This document shows positions 26,201-41,200 of a stretch of DNA of 64,000 nucleotides, one piece after another. Every line of letters begins with the position of its first letter. The first letter of the stretch is position 1. Source of the stretch: Auanema rhodensis (Eukaryota > Animalia > Nematoda); contig OZ059898.1 in the NCBI GenBank assembly GCA_964057225.1, positions 5,642,001-5,706,000 of the forward strand, read 5' to 3'. The position numbers and the translations under genes were made by a program. The notes beneath the pieces were generated by a model. That model had not been told where the DNA came from. It searched no databases and saw only the letters and a list, made by a program, of their open reading frames with translations.

Positions 26201-29200
26201 TTAATCATTAAGAAATTAGATAATTTGAAAATAAAAAGAACTAAAAACTAAGAATTTTCTTCCAGATTTTAAAATAAAATATTAATGGATGGTTTATGAG
26301 AAGAGGCAATATAATCTAACGAAGTATAAAGAAAAGATGGGGACAGAGGAGGAATAGATTCTAAATTGAGGCAAAAGTGCTGAGATGAGCATCAAACATA
26401 TAAACAAGATGAGACAAAGTGCATATGGGCAACATATGCGAATTTTGTATAAACTATCTAAATCAACCACACGATGTTATAGTTATTGAAAATCTTCACT
26501 TAGCTTCTTATTCTTCTTCCTTTTCCATATGTAGATCAATTGCTTTTGCACTTTAAGCAGAATAGAGAAGAGAAAATGGAAAGAAGACAGAATGACCAGC
26601 GTAAGATGGTTGATGCAACGAAGAACAAAATGATTTTAGAAAGAATCGAGATGAAACTAAATGTGCCAGGGAGCATTATTGTTTGAATGAACAAGAAGCT
26701 TAAACCTAAGCTTATAACAACTTTCTAATAAGCAAAAACGGAAATAAGGGAATAGTAGTAGCGTCCGGAAGTTAATTCAGAAAAATAGTTTTAAAATATT
26801 TATACAAAAAGATTTTTTCTTTAACTTAAAATTCTTAATCTCAAAACAGCTGTTTTACTTTTCTTTGTAAAAAAGCGATGAGTAATAGCTGAAAAACAGT
26901 TCTATTTGTATTTTTAAATAGTTGAAAAGATACAAATTATATGATCATTCACACTAACTATATAGATATAAATAAATTATTTATTTTTAAATTATAATTA
27001 AAATTCACGTGCACTATACTGGAACTACATATTATAGATATATATGTATATACACCCAACATACTCATCATTCTCATTAGCAATAATACACAGATCGGTT
27101 GAGTTTTACCATTTATTTCTTTTAATAATTCTTAATATTTATAATAAATATAATACATAATGTTTAATATATAAGCTTGTAATTATATATGTTATAGTTT
27201 TATTTTATATTTTTATATATTATATCATTGTATTATAATACAAATTATATAATTATTTAGAATTTACCTGTTATTTCACTAAAATATCTAACGTAAATCT
27301 AAATCATTCGAGATAATCTATTTAAATCCCATAGTATTATCAATTTCTCTTTCATTTCATTCTCGAATCAAATTTTTTTATCCATCATTAATGACAACAT
27401 TCTAACCATTCGATGACATTTTTGTCCAAAAAAAATATTTGGAATCTATTTCTAGTTATATTCAAGTATTTTCTTAATTTTTTCCAAGCAGTTCCTGTGT
27501 AATTCATAGTTTTGGAGGTCATCCAAGAACATAGGAAAACGTTGGCCAATGTATCAACTTGGTCCTTAATTCATTTTGTTGTTACTTAACTCATTAATAT
27601 AACTTAATATTTATATATTTATAATAATTTTTAAATTTCACTGCTTACTGAAAGTTTTATATTCTAAAAACTGTATTATATGCTTTTTATTAGTTTTATA
27701 TTATCATCTTTTTCTAATAAAACACGAAATTTTCGAATCAAAAATATGCTTATTATATCTGTGGAAGTCTTTTGAAGAAAAACAATATTTGAGTTACAGC
27801 ATCTGAGTATTTTTGAGCTCAACTTGAAAAGGAACGAAATATTTGAGTGCTTTCCGGATTTTAGTATCTGTTTTCTTGTTCATCTCTTCAATGCTTTTTG
27901 TAGAATGAGCGATTTGTCAACGTTAAACAGGAACAGAACACTTATTGGCAATCTCTGCTACTCGTCAAGTGCATTCCTTTTTCAGTTCAACAAGCTTTAT
28001 AGTTTTTTTTTAAATGAAGTTGGTTTGTTGTGACTTCGGCGATGTTTTAAAGCTTTATCTCTTTCTTCCTGTTTCATATCTTTCTCATCTGTTTGAATGT
28101 TTTTAATGTTGTTCTTTTCTTGGATAAGTTGTTGTATATAAAAGATAATATCTCTAATAATACGCAATGGCAGCGTTATATTTGAACCTCGTAAACTTAG
28201 AATATATATTATTACATGCTTTGGTCAAGATTCACTACTTGAGAAACGTTTTGTGTACTTTGCTTCTCGAAGAGTGTGAAGAAGTTTAGGTCGAGACCCC
28301 AAGAGAAAGGAAGAGAAATAATAAACTGTATATTAGCTTGAGAGAATGCTGGAGCATGAATGAGAAGCAAAGTTGAAGAGGACGGAATGTGAAGAACTGA
28401 AGGTGGATCAGGCTTCAAGGCACAAGAAGCTTGGTTACAAACAATCATCATCTTCATCATCAAACCAGGCCAGACGGATGGATGCATGCAGATTGTGTTC
28501 CATCGTTTGCCTCATTGCTACGACTAGCCCAGCCAAGGTAGCTCTTGGAATCGTTAACAAGAGCGAATAAGGAAGAGAGAGAGAGAGAGTCTATTAGACA
28601 ACTATTATATAGCATTATTGTAAAATCTTTTTAACTTAATATTTAAGATCTTCAATGTATTTTTCTTTTATGGAAACAGACCCAATGACCCTTTTCCTGT
28701 CGTTATTTTCTCTTTAATTAAAGGATTATCCATGTCAAAGTACAAAGTAGAATTGACGATCAAAGTTACTCGCTAGAAATACTTTGAATATACTATCTTC
28801 TCCTTTCATTTGTTATTCAAACCCATCAATTTGACTTGTAACTAGCACACAATTCATGGTTACAGTCTGTCAGTAGTCATCACTACAATCTTCTCATATT
28901 ACCTCATCTTACCTATATATACTTATGTATATTTCCAAACTATTCTTTTGTAAACTAGCAACCAATTAACAGAATTTTCTTTTTAAAAACTCAAAATAGT
29001 CAAAATCGAATTATTTTGGTTGGCTGACTTTCTGTATGTTGATCATCGTTTATCTGACTTTCCAGTTAATATCTCTTACTCAAGCTTTATTCGCATATAT
29101 TAATTAGATTTAATCTCTTTATTATATACTTATATACATATATATCTAATAAATCTTGTTCATATTATTATATTCTTTTGTTATAGTTCTATTACTATAT

Positions 29201-32200
29201 ACTGTAGATGAGAAATTATTAAGTAATTAGTTTGTAATTGGCAGTTTTCTTCTAGCCGCCTGCTTTCATACGTTTTTCTGATCCTCTCTCTTCGTTCTCG
29301 TTTTCTCTTTATCTTAGAGCTTCTCTCCTCCTTTAGTGAGTGAGTGTCAATCATAAAGCCAAGAATGCTTGCAAACCGGCTATTTACTTTTTTTCTGACC
29401 AAGTTTGACAGCTGGTCAAAAGAAGTTGTCTTAATCATTTTTCGCAACTTCATCTACTTCATTAACACAATTTTATGCACAACGATTATGTATTTTATAT
29501 TTTAGTTTTTACCTAAATACGTTTTTTTACCATTTTTGATTTATAATTACCCACTTTCACTCTCAGGTTTCTCTCTTCTATTCACTAATTAGTGTACAAA
29601 ACTAGCAATTATTTTGAATTTTCTTTAATTGCTTTGCATAGTTTGGAAGAAAAATATTTTTTTTAATTTCCTTTGAACAAACTGTTTGGCTAATACTGTC
29701 TTGACAGCATAAGAATCAGTATAACGTCTTCCTTGTTGTCTTATCCGTCATTTCTGGTCGTTTTCGTTTGCCATCTATTCCTATTGTGCCCCCCATGTTG
29801 GGAGAGCTGCCCCTGTCTGATCTAACTGGTTTCCTCAGTTCATTCCATCATTATCAGAAGACGAAGGCTTTCCGTTGTTACCAACTGCTTGATATTACTG
29901 TTTCCCACAAAATGTAATGACGACGGTTGAATGATATAGCCATAAAGCCTTCGTTGATGATGTAGTGCTGATGACGATTATGACCGAGAACGAAACGTAT
30001 CATTCGAGCGTGCACGTCGTCGTTTGCATTGTCTGATTTGTTCGCTATCGTCTTTCGTTTTTTTTTGCAATTTCGCTCGACTAGTGGTTTAGGTACAGAC
30101 AATTGACAATCCTTTACAACTTCTTATAGCATTACGTTGACCTGATTAATAGTCGTGTTTATACTTCAAACTAAAATTACTGTTCGTTATATAGGCTTCA
30201 AGAAATCATAGTATTTGTAAACCTATTTCAACTTTAACCGATATTTTTCATTTAACTTTCAAAATATTTCTCCTTGACCGATAATTTAATTTTTATCTTT
30301 CATCAATGTCTGTTAATTATATTTTTATACTGTATATACTAAATATAATTCTTTAAGTTTAGTTATTCATATTTAGTTCTATCTTATCCTTCAATTTCAC
30401 CTCGTTTCATCTCTTAGTTCTCATATTATATTTGATCTTTTCATCAATGCATGGCTTATACAACAAGTCCACACCCTTTTACGTTCTATATGATCTTCTG
30501 AATCATCAACTATTTGATTCCTCTATTTTCATAATCTTGTTCTTTCTCTCTCTTGTTGTTTCCCTCTCTTCATCGTTTCCTCTTCTATATTGTTATTCTT
30601 ATAATATTTTCTTTTTCTTAATTTTATAAATGATTATTCAAACTACAAATATAGAGTATAGATTAACATAGACAAACACATCCTTCATAAAACCTATATT
30701 ATCTGTTTTTGAACTAACCTGTAAGATTTTTATTGAATTGTTTTGTTTATCTAAACCTATTTTCATATATCTATGCTATGTTATATATGTATGTAATAAA
30801 GATATTTTGTTCCACTGAATCAGATAGAATAAGAGAGATAGAGATTTTTAATGTCTTAGACCAAGAATTACCTTGTAAGTTAGCCGGTATGATGCTCTGT
30901 GTCCATCAACTTGGTCTAAGTATGTTGAACGTCCTTCACGCTTATTTCCGCAAACACGTCAACATATTTATCTGTACTTCTGTGATCTCTTTATTCTCTT
31001 CTTTCTTCATAGGTCCAATATCAATAAAATTTGGGTTTTCTATCTTAAACTTTTGAAACAACTTGAAAAGTTATTCAATGATTTTAATATTCTTCCTATA
31101 TTCAAGCTTATATTTCATGCTGTATTGCGTCAGCGTTAGTTATCTCATGAATCACGTATTCGTCTGGATATTCCTCATCATCCCAACCAGAACTCAACTA
31201 TGTCTTTGTTTCTTGAGAATTGAGAAAAGAATCTCTCTTTCATTTTAAATCGTATACAAAGCCACAATTTACTTCAACATGTTCCTATACCAATCCATAA
31301 AGATACAGCTTGAAGACCACCGGCTAGGTTGCTATCTAGATTGTCCACAACCACTAACATGATGCACAACAAACGGCCTTCGATCCGTAAATTTTGATTT
31401 TGAAGTGTCGTTCCAGCTTCACGTACACTTTAGCTGGAGATCGTTTGCACTTCGATAATACCTCATTTCCGGAAATTTGGAAGTTTATAATGTGTATTTC
31501 CGCGTCAAGTATCTTCTTCTTGTATTCGTTTGTGCCTCCTGTATCTTCCGCTCTTCCGGCGCTTTCTGTTTTCTCATCATTCCTCATAATGTTTGTGCAT
31601 TTTGCACTCAAAAGCGTGTTTCTCGTTTACTTTTGATCATCTTCAGGCTTTTTTTCGTTTCTAAAGTGTGTTCTTGTTTATTGCAAGCCCTTGATTATAT
31701 TTCATTTCTAAATGTTTAAAACATGATTTTATTTTTGACAAAACTAATTCATTTGAGATCCTCTAATGATATTATCTCAGTTACTACTTAGATTTAATCT
31801 CGGAATCTTCTTAATTGGAGTAACTAGTCATGGTCATTAGCCTGATAAGATTATCATTGAACTTGCCCTTGTCTTAAGAAGTTTTGTGGGAACCCATTAC
31901 ATTCCTATGGAAAATTTTTCCATAAAATTCATTCGTATTCCTGATTTATACGTTAAATTGTCGCAGTCAATGTTCATTTTAGTTCACATTCCGTTATTTT
32001 CTGATTTAAATCATTTATATGTATTTGTACTTTTATTCTTCTTTTCATTTTAATTGTATTTTCACAATTCGAAATTGTTTCTAATTGAAAAAAAATTAAA
32101 ACAAAAGACGTTGAAGCTTTCTTTAAATGTTAAATGTGAGTGATTTCAAATAATTGGAGTAGTTCAATTTATCAAACAAAATCAAATATTTGGTTAATTC

Positions 32201-34081
32201 CTTAAGCTGTCATGTATACACAATTCATCGATTTATAGACAAAAAATTTTCTTTTTTTTATTTTTTCAAAAACATGGATTGAATGCAGAAAAATATTTGT
32301 TTAACAGTGATCGCTTGATCTTCAAAGTCCACTAACTATTACATATGTAATCATTTCACATATGTAATTTGATTTTTTTGTTTAAAATGTGGTCATTTGC
32401 CCACGTATTTGTTAGAAGCATTAATGTTGTTAGATGATTATTCTAGTAAGTTTGCTTGTACAATACGAACAACCGAATAACACGTCTTCAAATATTTCAA
32501 ATGACGTAAGTAAGACTCCCACGCGATTTACGTGGAAATCATTTATACATTAAGATGTCTATAGCAATTTCCCCTATCGAATTAGTTAGAAAAACTTTAG
32601 CAAACTTAAAAGCGAAGGTGTCTGTTGTCTGGTTTTTACCTTATAATTGTTGGCAAAAGAAACATTCGAAAGTATTATTTAAAGCTTGTTACCCTGTTCT
32701 TTCTTGTGTTTCCTGCCTAGCATCAACTGTACAAGACGACGATGCAAGCTACTCTGATAATCTTTGTTCCGACCTACTATAACTTTGTCATCTTCTATTT
32801 TTTCTTCAACAGAGTTTTCTACGAGGAAAGACAAAAGCAATTTATCCTAGTTTTCTATATTTCTCAGTAGTTAGTCGTATATCGTATTTGATACTAAAAT
32901 AGTTGTTGAAACCTTTTCTCACTATTCTATTCAATCAAGTGAAAGTAGTTTTCATTCATCTTATCATTTTCCTAAATCATTTTCTCTTCTGTTTCTCATC
33001 ACTTTCCATAGGTGGATAGAATGGATAATCGAAGTGGTGAGAGCTATCTTTTAGTCCAAAAAAACAAAGAAAATTACACCCATAGATACAGATTTTTTGG
33101 TGGTTTTTTTTCGGTAAAATGTATTAGATTGTTTAAAATGCTTTACAGCTGTTTTTTTTTAATATAATTTCTTGATTGATGTAATCTTATTCATTCACTT
33201 CCAGTTTTCTTATACTAATCTTACGCAACATTTGGGCTAATATACTTAAAAATATTTTTATGAACTTTTCAGTATGTTGTTCGTATTTTTTCTTAAAAAC
33301 ATTATTTTATTGTAAGGAAATATTTTCTTAGAATTGTCAATATTTATTCCATGTTCTCTCTCTCTCTCTCTCTCCCTCTCTTGTGAAGACTTTATTTCAA
33401 AATACTTTTTTTCATTTCAAATATAACTTTAATAGATATTCTTAACCTATATCTTAACTTTAATTCAAACATTCAATCAATGTATAAATTTGAAATTGAA
33501 CATCTGGAATTGTTTGATGATCTTCAAGTAGAATGTCTGCTGATACGAGTATGTTAGACATATACCATACACAGGTGCTTTCCAGACAACCTTTTCTTTG
33601 TTTTCAATTTGCTCTTTTCTTTGAAATTTCTTTATTTTCATTTCATTTTACCTCATTTTATCTGTTTGTTGTCTCTTTTGACGTTTAAAACGGTTTCTGT
33701 TCAAAAAAGATGATGAACGTGTATTCGTTTATTTGTTCATATATATTATTTATCTAATTTGAAATTGTATTTGAATTTATATTTATTAAATAAAATATTA
33801 ATTCTACAGTTTAATATCTTTTGTAAATTTCTTTTATTTTAACTGTTTGAATATCTCAACCTTTTTTTTTGTCTTTTGCATATTTCTTATTGAATCAACG
33901 CTCCTCTTTGCTCGTTGTTGTCTCGACTCTCAAGAGTTTTCATAATCTAGTTTTGATGGCCTTCAGAACTCTATGTCTGATATCAAACATATACTTTCTC
34001 ATTTTTTTGCTCTTATAATGTACAATAATATTATTTGTAATTCATAGAAATTCAATAATTTTCTATTTTCAGATCAGAATC

Positions 34082-35402
34082 ATGGCGAAACCTTACGAGC
34101 CTCCTCCAGATTATGTAAGTTGTTTTTCTTCAAATATGATGAATTTAAAACTATTTATTTTTATAAAATAATTTATATAAAACTTATGTCATTTATTTGA
34201 CAGAAAAATATAATAATATGCCAATTATATGGATTCTTCACATTACAAAATACATATATCATATAAAATATGAAAACTATAATTTATAATTCAACATATA
34301 GAGATATTTACATCGGTACCACCTTGAACTATTCATCGTATGAACAATTCTCATTTTTTATATTCAATTTCAAGAATTATACAGTAGAAAATATAAATTT
34401 ATCTTTTTTTTGGGGGTTATAACTCATTCATCTTCATCCAATATACTTACATACATACATCTGTTTTCAACATAATCTTCTGTCACCTTTCTTGTTCTTT
34501 ATTTCTCTAAAATTTACTTAAAATTCACTGTATTCTATATAGCTATGTAAAAGTTTCTGAAAATTTTCTGGTTGACTGAATCATGAATAGATCAAACACT
34601 ACTGAAGCATAGAGGTGACTTGAAGACTTGCACCTAATTTGCGAGAGAAAGAGAGTTGTTACACGGTTATTTCCTTTTATGTCCAGTCTGTCTAGTTAGA
34701 AAGCTTTATTTCACTTTTTTATAGCTCTTACTCATACATCTCATTAAGAACTTACTGTTTCTGTATGACTCATGTCCTGCAGCATAATATTGTTGCCGAC
34801 GTTGGCCAGTTGACACCATCTTAGTATCCAGACTTCTGAACATGCCTCGGCGTCCTAACGGAGGACATCAAAGATGGCTTATCATCTCTCTCTCTTTTCT
34901 TCTTCTTCTCTTTCTTTCATATTACCCTTTTTTATATGTTATTCTGAATGATTCAGATAACAAACATGACGACGTTCAAACGTTCAAATCATATTAAATT
35001 TTTTTCATCTGACATCAACAAACTCGAAGATGAGAAATGACTATCCTCACTGCCCTAGTTTCGATAATAATCATCTTTTCCAGAGTCCAAGAAAAGATTT
35101 TGTCCGATACCATCATTACGATCGAGATTATTTTCTTTCATTTTCTAACCATTTATACTTATCTTTTTAATCTTTTATAACTATACATTAGATACATATA
35201 TACATACATATATGCATACATATATAGATATCTTATACATATGTATGTCTAAATAGTTTTCTTTTTTTCTTTTTTTAATTTTACTTTAATTTTTTTATAA
35301 ACTAACCTATTCTCTAATAGTTTTCTCATTAATCTCTAAAAACCTTTTGTATTATTCAAAGTTTTAGATTATTCCAATAGAAAATAGCTTTTTCAGACAT
35401 GT

Positions 35403-35460
<58 letters not shown>

Positions 35461-38132
35461 ATCTCTGTTCATCTCTACCTCTTTGCTTTCTTAGACATTC
35501 ACCCTCTCTCTCTTTCTCTCCCCCCCCCCCAACCACATTTGGCATGACGTTTGCATGTTGAAGAAAATCATCCAATATCAACCATTCTCCAATCATTTTC
35601 CTATTTCCTTTATAGTTTCTATAGCTTACATCTGCCATCCATTTATGACTTTTGAAATCAAGCTGCCCTACCCTCTCATTGCTTTCTACTTTGTCTTCAA
35701 GGGCAACAACTAGTTGTGTTATTCAGATTCAAACAATCATACATGTAATCCTTTTCTATTTTCTTTTTCATTCTATACGTATGGTTTTATCTAACACTGA
35801 TATAGCTATATACATATAATTAGATGAAAGTATACATACAACTAACGGAAGTAGCTATAATTCTACCAAGACTTAATATCTTATACTTATTCAATTCTTC
35901 CTCATATTCTCATATATTTCTGATTCTCACAAATCACAAATGTTTTTGATCGTTCACCTTTTCCCTCATTTTATGATTTAATTCTTCTTCTATTTCCATT
36001 TTTGTACCTTTCTAAGAATATCGTTTGTATGTGCAAATGATATTTTCTCGAATTCTATTAGGCAATTGGGATTATATTTGCTTGTCATCAATTCCATTTT
36101 GAATTTTTCATGGTATCATGGCAAATAGTTCGATTTTCAAGTTATTTCATATTGTCATCATTCAAAACTTTTTTTATATAATTTTAAATTCCTAGTAAAT
36201 TCTGCAAGACTTATAAAATAAAAATATTAATCCTTTGTTTTTAACCGGAAAAAATGCAATCAAGACTACATATCTCTCTCACTCTCTGTCCTTTCTGCAT
36301 CACTACTTTCAACGACATTTTCTTTTTTTTGTTTAATTGAATCTTTTTATATTAGCTTTATAACATAAATCATTATTTGCTATTTAAATTTATCAGAAAA
36401 TATCTTTGAGCATACATATTTCATCTTTTGTTTTCTTTAGATTTCTTTTTGCATTGTCACAACCCAGATTTTTCTCTCATATATACAGAATTTTATAAAA
36501 AGAAACATTTTTTTCATTCACTGAAAGAAAGAGAAACATTTTTTTGTTAAATTTATGTACTTTGACAAGCAAAAGAAAACTGAATACAACACTGTTGATG
36601 AGACATGCTTGTTTCACGGGTGAAGACACATCCGAGGCTATCATCTGTCACAATCATTGTCATATCCGGTTCTGTACACTCTGCCCTTCGGCTATTTTTC
36701 TTTTTCTTTTTCAATTTCTAGGTTTCTGTTACTCTTCAATATTCTGTATCTCTTTTCAATCTACATCTTCATGTCTCTTCTTTTCTTTCATGTTCCATGT
36801 TTCAGAAATACTTATTGCTAATTTCTCGATAGACAGTTTAGTCTTCAGCAAATTTGAGTTCAAAATTGGAAATTGAACTTTGCAAGTTTATACTAGGTAT
36901 ACATAAAGTGATATTACAACCTTAAGTTATATATGTAATATATAGTAATAACTTTTACAATTTTAATTTTTATAATTAAATTACCACATACAACAAATAA
37001 TTTTATATTATTATTATTTTATTTTTAAATTTAATAAAAATAATTATTGGAAGAAATGAGAATATTATTTTCTTTTTCTTTCATTTTTACATCCGTATGC
37101 TCATTCACTATGACTATGATATCAGGTTCGGATATTATAGTTCTGAAAGTCAGCTTAATGTAATTCACAATGATGAATAGGCAATATAGTCTCTATATGC
37201 TGTGGATTTAGACATGGTTCACGTAGTCGTGTCCATTTTACTTGAAGCCAGCATGTCAATTTTGTGAAAAAAACTTATTTATCGAAAGAGATCAATGCAT
37301 AAAGCTGACCAGTAAAGTAGCTATAGACTGTGAACGATGTGAAAGTAGTAGAGACAGTTACTCGTTTTTCATTTTCGTTCAACAATTTTTTAAGCAAAGT
37401 TGGTGTCATTTAGATGACATAACTACCTAGTATGATGGTTTTGAAGCTTCTTCAAATCTTGTTCTTGGTCTAGTTTCTGTTTTTGACTCTCGTTATTATA
37501 AGAATGCTTTCTCTTGTTTAAAAGCACCTTATAGCTTTAAGCTATAAAGTCAAATGATTCTCATTACAGTTTTTATTCTCCTTTCTCTCTTTTAATTCTC
37601 TTTCTCACACCCTCACACTCTCACCTTCAATTATTTTTTGTCTTCAGAAGAAAAAAGAGAAAATATTCACCAATAATTTTTCATATATTTAGATATACAT
37701 ATATATAGTATTCACATATTTATGTATATACTTTATTTTATTCTTTTTTACAAAAATATTATTAAATTCTCATATTATATTCTATAATCTTTTCTCTCTC
37801 TATCTCTCTCTCTCTCTACCTTACTTATATACACATAAAAGATATTATGAATCAACATAAAATCTTTTCACTCGTCACTCGTCACATTTCACCTCAATCT
37901 CCTTATGTCTCAGAGAGAAGATTATATGAAACATAAAAAAAACTTTCCTTCATTTCATATGACAATGGTCAAACATTTTCTAATCAAATTTATTCCTTTT
38001 CTTTCTTTTTCTTTTTCAATAAATTTCTGTTACTTCCGTTTTTATTAATTTCTTGAATAGTTCTTGTAAAGAAACTATTTCTTTTTAACAGTTTGTTAAT
38101 CAAAAAGTGACTATTTATTATATGTAAAAAGA

Positions 38133-38204
<72 letters not shown>

Positions 38205-41200
38205 ATATCTTCTTCACTTTATCCTCTTCTTTTCATAAGTCTCCCTCTTATCTATAGATAGAGATGTTAATAAATCTAATGACAATAGTGAATTGCTAAC
38301 TAGTACTAATTATCCTTGTTGTTATTTTTTTCAAAAAATAAAAGAAAGTTCTTTTTATCCTGCCTTTAAGCAATTGCCCAAGTATTCATCTGTTTATAGA
38401 CAAATTGTCCTCTGCATAACTAGTCGTCAGATTTGTCATTTCCTCCTTTATCTGTTCAATAGTCGTTGTCGTAATTTCCACTTATTATCTTTTTCTTTCA
38501 GTTATAATTCTTTTTCTTTATAAATAAAATTATATTCTTGGACTAATATTTCATATATATGAATGTATATATGTATACATATCTATCTTTGATTAATGAA
38601 GAAGTTTGTTTCATTCTTTTGATTTTCTTATCTTATATCTCTATCGTATATAATATTATTTATTTATTTAACTAATAATTATTATTAAGATATGGTCTAT
38701 CTAATTAATTTATAGTATTATTACTATAGATTAATATTATTTTGATTTCTTCTTCTTTATTTCAGTATAAAATTCTTATTTTCTTTAAAATATTTAATAT
38801 ATTATACTAGTATTCTTATAAAACTATTAAGATTCTAAACATAAACAACTAATTTTTGTGAATTATACCCATTATTCTCGAATTCATTGTAATAATTCTT
38901 AGTAAAGCCAATTTAACGTATCATTGATGATAACTGATATTACAATTCAGTTTTTTCAATCTTTAACTATCAAATCACAACAGTCTCAATTGGTGTTTTT
39001 ATCTATTTGAATTGACCTATTGAATAATAACCTTATAAGAATTATTGAATTGTCTTTTTTCCTGTTCGCCAACTCTTTACTTTGATTCTAACTATTCATA
39101 TAGTTACTATAAACTATTTTAAGTATGCTTCTCTCTTCTTATTCAATCATTTTCAATTATCTGTTTCGAACGAATTGTTTTCGTTTTTTTTAAAGCACGC
39201 ACCTCACAGCTTTCTCCCAGCTTGAATGAAAACCGAAGAATGACAATACGCAGGGTAGTTCGACTCATCGACAAGACCAGGCTAGTATGTATGTACCTCG
39301 AACTCAAAGGCTGAATTCTATTTGGTCATCTTTTCTATTCTTTCGCCCCTGCTCATTCGTGTTCTTCATCATTGCGTGTATTTCCAGTTTTTTTTCATTC
39401 TCACAAGAATATTCTGTTTCAAGCTGTCTAGAATCAGACTTTTCCATGCTTAACAAAACATGTAAATTGTCGACGTCGGAAGAAATTGAGTGAGACAATA
39501 CGCTAAACGTCACATATATCAGCTTATTCAACTAATTTTTTCATTTTATATATTTATTATTCATCTTTATATAAAATTATATCAATTTGATTTTTCAATA
39601 TCAAACACTTTTCCCGCCAGTATATTTGTGTTTTGATTTTGCGAGATGAATAAGACTTATCTCGTGAACTTTTATTGCTTCTTCAATCTAACAACCTGCT
39701 TCATACACACATATATACTATATATATTGACATTTGCTTCAATAATTGTCAATGATATTCATATAAATATATATAATTATCTTTAAAATTATAAAAATTT
39801 GTTAAGAAGTCATCATCCTCATCAAACAAAGTGTGCAATCTGAATAGTTTTTTCTGTGTTTTTCAACATGTGTTGACAGGCTGTCTGTCTAGCTAAACTA
39901 GTTGTACAAGTCTAGAAGATGAAAAAATAGAGGAAATGAACTAAGAACTGAACATGAGAAACTTCTGTCGATTATATAAATTTTAGCTATTATGCTAATT
40001 ATATCATATAATTTACTCTATTCTAACCACATTAAATACAATAAAATATAATTGGATTATACTATTTGTAATAATCAAAAATTAATTTGAAGTTCCGCAA
40101 ATATAGTAGTCCTAATCTATTACATTATTATTGTATTTAATTTTAATTTCTAAAATATTTCTTAATTTTCTAAAAAAATATCTGTTATTGTAAGTGAGAT
40201 AAGAAATATTTCCTTTTTTGTATTAAAAATAGTAGAATAAAGCAAATTATATGATTAAAATATAATTTTATTTTGAAATAATTATAATTAATTTATATTT
40301 TATAAAAAAATGAATATATTATATATCTTATTAACTATTTAAATTTGATTTAAATAAAAAAACGAATTGAAAGAATATGGACATTTGAGATGTACATTAC
40401 ACATTAACTGCCACCTTGTTTCGTTTTTTGTCTTTATGTTCTTCTCTCAATAATCTAAAATGATTTGTTTGTTTGCATTTTTCAATCTTAAACAAAGTTT
40501 TTGTACATGCGTAAATGAAGAAGTAGAAAGAGGATATCTCTCAATTTGCTGTAATTACTGACATCTTCTTGTATGGCTTGCCGTATATTGTCTATGAGAC
40601 AACTGTTGACAACAAAACGCTCATGATGATGATGATGATGATGATGGCGGTGACGATCATGACAACGATGGTGATGTCGTCCATGAAGATGACGATCATG
40701 TTCATCTTTTTCTGTCCAATGTTTCCTGCGGGTATGGTTCTCGTCAAACAATACATGTACATATATGACGATATAGCCATTGGTTATCGTTGTTCACATG
40801 AATATCATCTACCTGAACAACTCGTCGTCATGATTATTGTCATCTGATGATGATTTTCAGTCAAAATTACCCTCAGGATATTTGCGCATTTATTTTTGAT
40901 TTTTCATGCATATTCATGATCTGTTCCAATCCGTTTTTTTCACAATTCGTTTCAGTTTTCAATCTCTTTCCCTCTCTTAACTCATATCATCTTCTCCGGT
41001 TTTTTCAACTTTCGATCCCTATTCTCTCATTCAAATCCCGCCTATTCTCTCCAAGCTTCACAACTCCTCTCCTTTTTTCTCTTTTTCTCTCTCAATTTCA
41101 TATCATCTCATTCTTCTATTCTTCTGACTTTTATGCATAAGTCCAATATGTTTTTATATGAGAATGAAAGATAAATATACCATAATGTACTATTAGTTGC

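Noticed and set aside
27780-28200. Possible Tc1/mariner HTH relic on the minus strand (AEIANKCSVPV)
   Set aside because: Very short resemblance with many stops; no DDE motif or terminal repeats.
23252-34081. Expected head-to-head collagen IV alpha2 partner
   Set aside because: No Gly-X-Y exons on the + strand. Unlinked emb-9 and let-2 is the known nematode arrangement, so this is not unusual.
37990-38217. 75-aa ORF with IY repeats
   Set aside because: Translation of a (TA)n microsatellite.
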